Assembly: GCF_018350175.1 (NCBI RefSeq)
Contig: NC_058382.1
Span: 50,532,001 to 50,596,000 of the forward strand
Origin: Felis catus
Taxonomy: Eukaryota
Length of the DNA stretch: 64,000 nt
Reading direction: 5' to 3'
The notes beneath the pieces were generated by a model. That model made no database searches, had not been told where the DNA came from, and saw only the letters and a list, made by a program, of their open reading frames with translations. Of this stretch, positions 53,489 through 64,000 are shown one piece after another (the first letter of the stretch is position 1; the number at the start of each line of letters is the position of its first letter). The translations under genes were made by a program, and so were the position numbers.

Positions 53489-54608
53489 TCCCATGGAAAA
53501 AAATGGCTGGCATTTCACTTTCGCCTCAAATACCACACAAGCTCCGTTTTTGACTAACTTTTAACCAGAACCAGCCAGGAAAGAGGATTCTGGGAGACAT
53601 GGTTTCCAGCTTAACTAGCTTCATGAAAGAAGCTTCGAGAAAGAAGCTTCATGAAAGAAAAGAAAAACGTAGATCCTTTTCAATACATTTCTTTAATTGT
53701 TCAAAAGTCAGGATATATAAATTCAAGCTCGTGTTATATCAGCCAGTCGCAAAGCACGTCACGGGAATATTTATTTTCTTATAAAATGTTTTATTCCTAA
53801 TTCTCTGTGTGAATTGATGTTATCTATAGGAATATACCATTCAGAAAGATTTTTAGTTATACTTTGATAAGAGGGAAGACGATTTAAAAGGAAAATCAAA
53901 AAGCCGTAGGTAGATGTGTGTGTTTCATTGGCAACACGAGCTTCCAGAAACTGCCCATGCAGCTAACACCTACTTTTCACTGGCAAGAGGAGTTGCTGCT
54001 TGCGGGGTAGCAGGCCACTGTCCAAATGAAGCATCAGACCAAACTGCTGCTGGTAAAATGTTTCCAGTTTTACGAGGTTTGTTAGTTTATAATTGCCTTT
54101 ACATTATGGGTCAGCGTCACTTACTCTTCAGCTTTTATTTTCCAATCACTGGGACAAGATATTTGTCCACAGTGAAAGCTAATTCACTTTTAACAGGATC
54201 ACAACATAGCCAAATATCTTTGTTTAACCAAGACTAACTGGTTTAATTCCAATGTGTATCCTTCTAAGTACAGTTGATTTCATTGCCTTTTCAAATCTGT
54301 ATTTGGAAAAGATGCTAAAGAATATTTTCAGGAAAAGTAAAAACCTTTATCTTCATTTCTGAAGCCTGTTAAGGAACATGTTTAACTATTTCTAAATAAT
54401 TCAGAGGGTAAAGATTTTTTAAATCCTTAAATATATACTTTACTAGTTAGATAATTTTTATACATAGTATTTTAATGAAAATTTATGCAAGTCTAAGGTG
54501 TCTTGAAACTCTATTTTAAAACTGTTAGATGAGAAATAATACATGTAAATCTGATGACACAGGCATAATAAGAAAGAGCCAAAAATGTTTAAAAAATAAA
54601 GGAATGTT

Positions 54609-54730
54609 GGGACGCCTGGCTGGCTCATTCAGTAGAGCATGAGACTCTTGATCTCCGAGTTGTGGGTTCAAGCCCCACGTTGGGTATACAGGTTACTTAA
54701 AAAAATAAAAAATAAAATCTTTAAAAAATT
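54609..54730 (+). mobile_element. Short tRNA-Lys-derived CanSINE lacking the (CT)n tract (SINEC_c-like)
   Basis: gcctggctggctcattcagtagagcatgagactcttgatctccgagttgtgggttcaagccccacgttggg resembles tRNA-Lys(CTT), followed by an A-rich tail. TSD taaaggaatgt / taaaagaatgt. Confidence 0.85.
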
Positions 54731-55175
54731 TAAAAGAATGTAAGTAGTACATTGTACATTGTAGTATCCAAGAAAAAAGGAAAGATGGGCTGATGCTATA
54801 AAGAGACCATTCTGAGGAAAGCTAGTCCCAAAGAGCCACAAACTCGTGAAAAATGCTTAGATTCGCTATTGGCAAGATAAATGAGAATGATATATCACTT
54901 TGGCATTTTGTCATTGAACCTGTGCAAATTTAAAAGATCTATAATACCTATTCCTGCCAAGGATGTGGGGACAAGGATATGCTTGTATATTACCGGTAGA
55001 ACTGTGGAGTATTTTAACTTCTTTTTGGAAAAGAAACTGGAAATATTTATTAAAACATATAAGTATATATAGTTCTGCATTTAGAACCCTTTTCCGTAGA
55101 ACTGAAAATATACAGAGGAGCATACCGAGTTATTTATTACAGTCTTTCTGGGAAAGACAAAACCTGGAAACGAGG

Positions 55176-55185
55176 ATATATATAT

Positions 55186-55233
<48 letters not shown>
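55176..55233. repeat. (AT)n microsatellite with one GG interruption
   Basis: Read directly from the sequence. Confidence 0.95.
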
Positions 55234-55240
<7 letters not shown>

Positions 55241-55667
55241 GAAAAAATACAGAAGGAAAAAGAGTAGCTCGTTAATATTGGTTATGTTATGGGATGGATT
55301 AGAACCAAAGGCAGCAAAGGACGAAGGAGAAAAGCATTTTCAGCCAGAGCCCAAGGAGTAGAAATCCAAGAGAAGATACAAACAAAGAATTGGCTTAAAT
55401 AAATTTGTATTGAATTCAGTCACATTGAGTTAGATGCCTTTACAGAAGTTGCGAGCTGGGGAAAAATGGATTTCACCCAGAGCCTAGGGAAAAGTTTGCC
55501 TGACCGTGCTGTCACTGGATTTTGAAGAACCTTTAAGATAAATGGCAAGGATTTGAATTTTCATGTTGATAGCCTTTTGTTGTTTTAAATCAAGGGTAAT
55601 TTGAGATCCATAAACAGCCTTTGTGACACTTCAGTTTCTATTACTAACATGATGGGAGTCATTCTGA

Positions 55668-56027
<360 letters not shown>

Positions 56028-59000
56028 TAAACTTTTATGCATAACCAAAACCAAAAACTAGTGTTTGTTTAATGAATGAATACTTGAGTTAATAAGATTA
56101 TCAGGACTCTTCCTTCGAGGACCTCGATTCTAATTTCCTTTTAAGTGTGGCTTCAGCCCTAGCAGGTCTTAGTAACCAGAATGATAGTTATGGGGGAATA
56201 GAAATTTCCTTTCATGACCCTCTTCCCACTCCAGATAAATCCACATATTCTGAGGAAATGTGTTTTGGGAGAAATGCAAAAGACTTTGAAATGGGCCCAA
56301 ATGTTTACTGGGTGTCTTCATGGGAAGACTAGGCTTTGTCTAACACAGCTATTAGCCTAATCTGGTCTGTGAGAGAAAAGGAGTGTTTCTTGGATCTGTA
56401 TTTCTCTGTCTGTGTGTGATGTAAAACCCAAGCACTTGGTCAAAGTAACTTCACTTGCTGATATATTCTGTACAGAGTTGGATATATTGGGGAGGATGAA
56501 AAGGTTTGTGCAAACTTCTCCATTTGGGTACCAGAGGGGATTCTCTCTACTTCTAGGCAATACGGTTATCATCTTAATGATTAGAAGTGCTATAATTAAG
56601 GAGACTGTGTGAGTATTTGGAAAATTAATACCTAATTTAGGTCAGCGCTTTGGGTGAGGGATATTTTTGCCTCTTCATTAAAATTATGTAGTTCTTGACA
56701 AGGGATCTCCAGCACGTTTTCATACACATGGAATAACACCCAAGCCAAGCAACTAGAGGTCACATTGGGGTGAATTGCTACATCAGTTTAATAAATGATC
56801 TTTCAAAAAAATTTAAAGATGCCATTGTACTACTCCTCTATGTTAACTATGGCCAAAATTAATCGCATATGAGAGGAAAATTGGCAGAAATACAGTTGGA
56901 AGCTAAATATAGGAAGAACAAGTGTATCAACGGACACACAAATACCTAGTCTTTATGTATTGGTGTTCAGTCTGTTGCTGCAGTTTAAATGTGGGAGCTG
57001 GAACTTCGATATTAAATATAATTTTTAATAGCTACTATGTTGTGACTTTTGCATGTAATGCTCAAAATGTGGTGGATTTGCAGACCCGACAAAAGGAAAC
57101 AAAGGAAACAAATTAATCAGTGCCATCTAAATAATTAATAGGCTCCCTAAAATGAGGGCCCCAAAATGTAAGCCTGTCATTTATGTGTCGTTTATTGTGA
57201 TTTATTTGACATTCTAAGAAGTGGTGGTATGCATAGCCTTGTTTCAACACCTTAAAGAAACTGCTTCAGTACAGTGTACTATAGTGAGCCCCATGAAGCT
57301 CATTCATTCTAAACACTTTACAGGCATGAATATGTAATAAATTACTAGGTGTTGAGTCTATATAGAATACTCTGATTTGAAAATCTTTAAATTAATATTT
57401 AAATTCCTATACAGTCTAATCCACTGTGGTGTCATAGGACTCAGTGTAATTGTTCTGTAGCGAATAACAAGGAGTGCAGACTATGGATGAACGATGAACG
57501 CCAGGCTAGGAGAAATTGTTGAACTTCACAGTACACAGGTGGGCCTTGACTTACCGACCCCCAACTCCCATTTTTCCCCGTTTCTCTTAAGATACTAATT
57601 TTTGCCGGTTTCAGTGAGGCAAGCACCTTTTGCACTTGAAAGGGGACTCTGTAAACGGTAGTTGGGTGGGTGGTTCATTTGTACAAGGTTCGAGAACTAA
57701 GTCATTTGTCAGAATGTATTATTATGACTCCTTAAAGGGAACCAAATACTTATTGGTGGATTGTTACCATATCATGTTGAAGCTTGCCATTTTATAAGGA
57801 TGGCTCAATTTTTCTTAGCTACTAAGGTATAACTTCCCAATCTTACATGTTTTAAAGAATCAACATTTTTATCTTTTGCAGTGGCATAAAAATTAAATTA
57901 TGCTGTGGAAGAACTGAATTGTTCAAATCTTTGAATTAGCAGGATACATTTTTAATGCGCTGTATAGTTTGGCACAATGTCACTTGGAATTCTTTGAAAA
58001 TATTATGTCAACCTATATCATTTTGAAATATTAAAGATATTATATTAGTCTAAATTATAAAAGATATTAGCTGGATTACAGAATCCCTCATGACACAAAA
58101 TATTTCCAGTCTTTGTCGCTTTTACAGATGTCAAAGCAAAAATCATCAGATGACATCAAGAACCCAACGAACAGTGTGGTTATATTTTCCTGTTTAAAGC
58201 AGACTCTGTATTGTAGGATTTGAGATTCTGCCATGATTTAGCATTTCTGCTGCTGCTTTTGCCTGAGGGTGAAAATCAGGCCTATAAACCAGCTTCTTGC
58301 TCTCAGGGGCAGGGCCTGGTGATGCGGGCTTGCAGAGTAAGAAATGTTTCTGGCATTTTTTCACTTACTAGACCTTCGCGATTCTTGTGACCTCTGCAGA
58401 GGCCCGGCCCTCTTGATTTGCCTAACCCAGGAGAAGGCCTGTGTCATTTCACCTTCCTCCCTTTCACTGTTGGACTCTTCCTACCTTTCAGAGGGTAAAC
58501 CTGTCACTCTCTGAAGCTCCCTCTTTCTCCAAAAGTGACCGGCACCAGGGATCTCCATATTTTCATCTTGACAAGAGCTTTCTGGAGGCCTGGAACTTTA
58601 GTTCTGGTTGGCGAATATAGCTAATGGATGAATATAGCTAATGGGTGCTCTGTTGCCAGAGCACTCAAAGATATTTAAAAACGGAAAAAACCCTTCACTT
58701 GTTCCTTGAACCATAGCCTATGTATAACTCCCTTTTGCACCTTCGCAAAGTACCTACCCTGTCCAGCAGGGTTTTCCTTCTTTATACATCTTATTTCATA
58801 GATGCCTATTCTCATCTTAGGAGCCAGTGATGGTGGCTAAGCTGTCACAGAATTTCTGTGGCAATTTAGGGTTGATTCCAGAAGATTGTACATGAGGAGC
58901 AGATATAAATCTTTTTCTTCTTTCTGTATTTTGTGAGACAGAGAGAGGGGGAGGGGAGAAGGGAGAGAGGAGGGAGGGAGAAGAGAGGGAGGGAGAGGAA

Positions 59001-59079
59001 GAGATTTCTGGTGAACAGCCGTGTTCTTCGCTATGACCTGCCATTCCCTCTTACTTCTTATTCTGGTCTTCCATCATTC

Positions 59080-59689
59080 CATTTAGCGTTGCCCACGCCT
59101 TCCACGCAGCCCACACCACACTACCTGTAATCAAACAAGTCGGGCTGAATGCTTATTGCAGCAAGGGGAGCACACACCTGGGGAGCCATGGGCGTGTCTC
59201 AATTTTAAGGTGTTAAGGGTGATTTATTGTAAGATTTGGGGCTGTTAGCTCATTTGGGGGGGGGCTTTACGGAAGTGGAAAATTGCTCTGGATTAAATGC
59301 TGCTAGGAAGTGAGGGTAATTGTGTGATTAAGTATCTTTGTAAATCTTATCTAGAAGGATGGAGGAATGAAATAAGGTAATTGATGTAAAACAAAAACAA
59401 AAAACATCCGTTGTCGTTCATATTATCCCGAGGAGGAAGTTTGGTAATTCTTTGGTTTTCGCAGAAGCCTTGTTATCGTCTATGGTTAGACAAGATAAGA
59501 AAGTAGTCTTGGCTTTTTTTGGTCCAAGTTCAGTGTGGTCACAGAGTTACCCTGTCTAATATTGGTATTCTATGAGATTGTGTTCAATGGGAGAGCTCGC
59601 TCTGAGTGCTCGCCAACGTCCCATAGCATCACCCGGCTGAGAGTGCGAGGCCATGTCCTGGCTGTTGGGGGCGGCTTTTCTGTTTCTCA
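59080..59689 (-). mobile_element. Old ERVL-type solo LTR, same family as 11362-11782
   Basis: Reverse strand begins tgagaaacagaaaagccgccccc and contains 'accaatattagacagggtaactctgtgacc'. Left boundary approximate. Confidence 0.55.
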
Positions 59690-60165
59690 AATTTAATTAT
59701 TTACAAGAGCAAAAAAGTAAAGGAACTCCCTGTCCTGCAGGCAGAGAAGAGTGTGGGTTTTGGAATCAACTTACCAGCGGGACACTACCTTGGGTGATTT
59801 GATCTTCCTACTTGAGCCTCATTTTCTCCATCTTTAAAATGAGAATAGCAATAGCAGTGTTGAAGATCAAATGACACAATGCATGTAAGGCACCCAATAC
59901 CTGTTACAGATACCAGTTCAGTAAAAACTGTTTTTATTATCTTACTGTTATACCAACAACATGTCCCTCCCCAACTCAAAACTTACAAGTGGTGGGAGCA
60001 GTGCTAAAATTAGCATTTACTTACCTAATATCATGAACAAGAATGAGTGCAAATTCTATGATTTGTCACCTTCCATCCTTTTAAAGCGACGTGGTCTTTT
60101 AAGGGGCTCCCTCTCATCAGATCCAAAAGCAGGAAGGAGTTGTACACTTAAAAAAATAGAATCTT

Positions 60166-60333
60166 GGGGTGCCTGGGTGGCTCGGTCAACTAAGCTTATG
60201 ATTCTTGATTTCCACTCAGGTCATGATCTCACAGTTTGTGAGTTCAAGCCCCCGCGTCAGGCTCTGTGCTGACAGGGCAGAGCCTGCTTGAGATACTCTC
60301 TCCCCCCCCCCCCTTTCCTGTGTGTGCACACAT

Positions 60334-60373
<40 letters not shown>

Positions 60374-60389
60374 AAAATAAATAAACTTT
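60166..60389 (+). mobile_element. CanSINE
   Basis: ggggtgcctgggtggctcgg head and (CT)n tract. TSD aaaaatagaatct on both sides. Confidence 0.93.
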
Positions 60390-60402
60390 AAAAATAGAAT
60401 CT

Positions 60403-60617
60403 ATTTTTAAACTTTATTTCTAATGTTTTTTAAATTTATTTTTGAGAGAGGGCATGAGTGGGATTGGGGGAGGGACAGAGAGACAGGGGAACAGAAGATC
60501 CAAAGCAGGCTCTGAGCGGACAGTAGTAAGCCCCATGCGGGGCTCGTACCCACAAACTGTGAGCTCATGACCTGAGCCCAAGTCAGATGCTCAATCGGCT
60601 GAGCCACCCAGGCACCC
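60403..60617 (-). mobile_element. CanSINE, tail-to-tail with the previous copy
   Basis: T-rich tail, then body ending 'gagccacccaggcaccc'. Followed by a degenerate target copy aaaaagagaatca. Confidence 0.92.
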
Positions 60618-60990
60618 TGTAAAAAAGAGAATCAAATTTTAAAATTATCCTTTGAGTGTCTCAAGTTAAGAGAAAGAAATCAAACGGATTGTTCATTATT
60701 TCATTTACATAATAAATCCTATTGATGGGTAACAAGCCTCCTCATCATAAGTGAGCGGTGTCTGTTATAAGTGAGGCCTGAGAATAGCTTCCCGAAGTTT
60801 CCCCCACAACCATAGCACAACTTCACAACGTGCTAGCTGCCTAGGTGGGTGACTGAACTGTGTCAGATGACAGACTGGCTGTCCTGGCCTTCTTTTGTTC
60901 CTAATCTAAACTGGCTTCTGTACTAAGGGAAGAAATTCCCGAGCCTTTGACTTTACTCCTAAGCATGCCTCACCCAGCAGATCCCTGGAG

Positions 60991-61261
60991 CGCTGCTACT
61001 CAAAGTGTGGTCCCTGAGTGACACTCATTCGGTGAAATACTTGTTTCCAGATGAAGTATAAAAATTGGGATTAAGCTCTAAAACACTGCTGGAGCAATAA
61101 ATTCTTGCTGCATCATCCGAGGCCAAGGTCGCTGGACTCGTATTTTATGTCTTCTTTATTTAATTTTTAGTAATTGATTTTCGCTGAGGTTTTGAAAGGA
61201 TCAGTCCGCAGTAGATCAGAAAAGAAAATGTTCATCACCACAGGTGGCTTGGGAAGCACTG
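60991..61261. mobile_element. hAT-Charlie-type MITE relic
   Basis: Degenerate TIRs 'cgctgctactcaaagtgtggtcc' and 'cttgggaagcactg'. Flanking 8-mers ccctggag / tcctcgac are consistent with a decayed TSD. Confidence 0.5.
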
Positions 61262-62300
61262 TCCTCGACCGCTAGAAAGTCTAAAATTAAATAAGAGCTG
61301 CAAAGTCGTGTCTATAGGCACACCCAGCCTTTGAGAGAGCTGATAGGAGGCACGTGGTAGGGAGGGAGGGTGGGAGGTGTCTGTAGGTGTGACGCAAAGC
61401 TCAATACAAAGGCTTTCACTCTAAATGTATCCTCTTAAAGGAAGCTCTAGATGACAAATCTGGGGCATTTGATTTATTTTAGTCCAATCTCACACCGTCA
61501 GGGATTACATAACTCCTCAGTTGTCTATTTCGGAACCCACTCTTAGAAAAGGTATCTAAAAGTATCTAACCTACATTTTTCATTTCTCAGTTTTTAGGCC
61601 TTTCTCATTATCTTTCACAAACTAAACCAGTTGGGTCTTTGAAAATCTTTTCTCCTTCCTCGATGTAGTATAAAAATGAGCTTTGGTGCCCAGGATGGAA
61701 TTTGCGTTATACTAAATAAATCCAGAGCAAAGAGCTTAATCGCCTAACAGAGCTTCTACACATTTTCTGTCTGCAAAATAGCTGGTCAAAAATAGCTGAG
61801 GAAGTAAAGAAGTTGTACATTGTACATAGTAACAGAAAAGAGACCATGACCTTTGGGTTTAATAGAGTACTCACAGTTTAGTTTACTAATTTGATCCATA
61901 AAGTCATACAGCATTGAGTATTCAATGGATATAAAAAACCTTGATGGTTAATCCGCAATAGAGGTGCTTAGATTCCACCCGTCTGCTCATGTTCAACCAG
62001 CGACAGACTTAATTCCCTTTAAGAAGGAAAGGGCTAACTCATCTCATGGATTCATGACACAGGAGCTTCAGTGGGAGGGATGGGAGGTTATTTTTTAGAA
62101 GTGATGAGAAAACTTTGATTTTTGACTCGTGTGAATTTTGGTCATATATATCATCTTGGGAACTCCAGGGAAAATATAAAAATGAACAAAACCCACAATT
62201 TTCCATGATGAAAAAATTACTGTTGATATATTGGGGTAGTTTCAGCCCTTCCCCCTATGTATACAAAAAAATAGGAGTATCCTTAGAATTGTATATATGG

Positions 62301-63129
62301 AGTTGATTCTCATTCTTTGCAGTAGTTCTATTGTAGAAAGTCACTGTGGACACTGCATTAACAAACACTGAACCATCACTCCTAGAATGAATGGGGTTAG
62401 GTTCCTGTGACTTTCTGGTCACAACATTTTTGTCAACCAATCAATCCATAACCTTGTTTTATGTGTGATTCTGTTTAAAGATACCTTATTTCATATATAT
62501 TGTTGATCCATTAACATTGAACTCATGGTCAACTGCACTGTAAGCAATGGCTGAGTGAAGTTCATCGAGCATGTGTGTTTTCTCTGTGAGACACATCACA
62601 GCCTTCTTGCATATAGTAACACCAAACCTGTACTTTGTCACTAGGACTGATATCTTTTTTTTTTTTTTTAGTGTTTTTTTAATTTATTTTGAGAGAGGAG
62701 TGTGCATGTACATGAGCGGGGGTGGGGTAGAGAGAGAAGGGGAGAGAGAGAGAATCCCCAGCAGGCTCTGCACTGTCAGGGGCTTGATCTCACCAACCCC
62801 TGGGATCATGACCTGAGCTGAAATCATGACCCATGTCACTCAAGTGACTGAGCCATCCAGGTGCCCCCTGAGGTCTTTTAAATTGTAAAATCACCAACCA
62901 AAAGCACAAAAAGTTGGAAAACGTGTTTACATACGACAGCTGAAACAAGTGTCATCTCCTTGTTTAACCTCAGCTGGAAACGTGTGTCCATCCACTCCGT
63001 TTTTTCACTCTCCTATATACGTTTCTGTGAATGATTCCAAAGATGCCCTGAGTATTGGTTTTGGGGTTACAGATACATTATGGTGACTTAGGTGGATTTG
63101 CAAATCCTATGCACTATGAGGATCGACTA
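62301..63129 (-). mobile_element. MER82-like Tigger-derived DNA transposon relic interrupted by a SINE
   Basis: TIR-like ends 'agttgattctcatt' and 'atgaggatcgact'. Homologous to 1684-2323. Confidence 0.78.
62655..62867 (-). mobile_element. CanSINE nested in the MER82-like element
   Basis: T15 tail, (GA)n tract, head 'gagccatccaggtgcccc'. Degenerate TSD ctgatatctttt / ctgaggtctttt. Confidence 0.9.
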
Positions 63130-63160
63130 TGTAAATGTGGTTTTACACACTGCTTTATTT

Positions 63161-63383
63161 ATTTATATATTTTTATGTTTATTTACTTATTTATGAGAGG
63201 GACACAGACAGCATGTGAGCAGGGGAAGGGTGGGGAGAGAGGGAAAGAGAGAGAATCCCAAGCAGGCTCCGTGCTGCCAGCCCAGAGCCTGACGTGGGGC
63301 TTGAACTCGTAAAACCGTGAGAGCATGACCTGAGCCGAAACCAAGAGTCAGACACTTAACTGACTGAGCTGCCCAGGTGCCCC
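63161..63383 (-). mobile_element. CanSINE
   Basis: TSD actgctttattt (63149-63160 / 63387-63398). Confidence 0.93.
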
Positions 63384-63792
63384 CATACTGCTTTATTTTT
63401 TAACTTTGTATTATATGGGCAAACTTTCAATATTCATTATAGTCTCTCCCAATATTTTTGTAATGATTGACTTGATATACTTTGCTAAATATATAAAATG
63501 ACTACACACAAATGTAAAAAAAAAAAAAGCAGATAAATCGTTTTATTGGGTTAGACTTTGCCCAGTGTTGGGGATTTTGTTCCCTTTATTGAGACCCTCA
63601 GAAAGGAATCATATACCATTTTCCCCAAGAGGGTACCCACTTGTCTCCTCTTCCTGTCTTTTGGTTTCCTTTCGTTAACATATGGGAGTGCTGTGCTTGA
63701 TTGGGTGATGTGTATATTGCTGTTCCTAACCAATGGCTTATGCTGTTCCCTGTTGAGAGATAACTCTTTTAACTGATTTTTATCTCCCCTAG

Positions 63793-63942
63793 GTGTTGGA
63801 TTAAATGATGGGCAGTGGCATTCCATCTCCTTATCTGCCAAAAGGAATCACTTGAGTGTGGTAGTGGATGGCCAGGTGGCCTCTGTTGCTTCTTCCCTGG
63901 GGTCTGAGCAGACTTATTCAGGTGGCACCTATTATTTTGGAG
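63793..63942 (+). CDS. CNTNAP4: CNTNAP4 coding exon (probable exon 9), laminin-G domain 2
   Basis: tctcccctAG acceptor, GTAAGA donor, 150 nt, phase 1 to 1. Translates (G)VGLNDGQWHSISLSAKRNHLSVVVDGQVASVASSLGSEQTYSGGTYYFG. Confidence 0.95.
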
Positions 63943-64000
63943 GTAAGAGAAGAGGTCAGGCCATATGGGACACTGACCCATATTTGCAGTTACTTGCCCT

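Noticed and set aside
54614..54686. tRNA-Lys(CTT)-like sequence as a functional tRNA gene
   Set aside because: It has several substitutions in stems and boxes, a SINE-type 5' leader, an A-rich tail and a TSD, so it is a short CanSINE.

Overview
This is mammalian nuclear DNA from a cat-family (felid) genome, judged from numerous tRNA-Lys-derived CanSINE (SINEC_Fc-type) elements and carnivore L1 3' ends. The window lies entirely inside a CNTNAP4 (Caspr4, contactin-associated protein-like 4) gene on the + strand. Six internal coding exons (148, 204, 185, 144, 262 and 150 nt) have canonical AG/GT sites, splice in frame without stops, and encode the end of the F5/8 discoidin domain, laminin-G 1 and most of laminin-G 2. 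They probably correspond to exons 4-9 by CNTNAP-family architecture. The rest is intron, heavily filled with SINEs, L1/L2/MIR remnants, MaLR/ERVL/ERV1-type LTRs, DNA-transposon relics and microsatellites. I found no evidence of a previously undescribed biological system. The most notable observations are mechanistic: a zero-loop foldback palindrome at an L1 5' junction, two three-level nested insertions, a tail-to-tail SINE pair, an ultra-short L1 insert, and in-frame but stop-containing cryptic acceptors upstream of two exons. Repeat-family names come from recalled consensus similarity and need a Dfam/RepeatMasker check.
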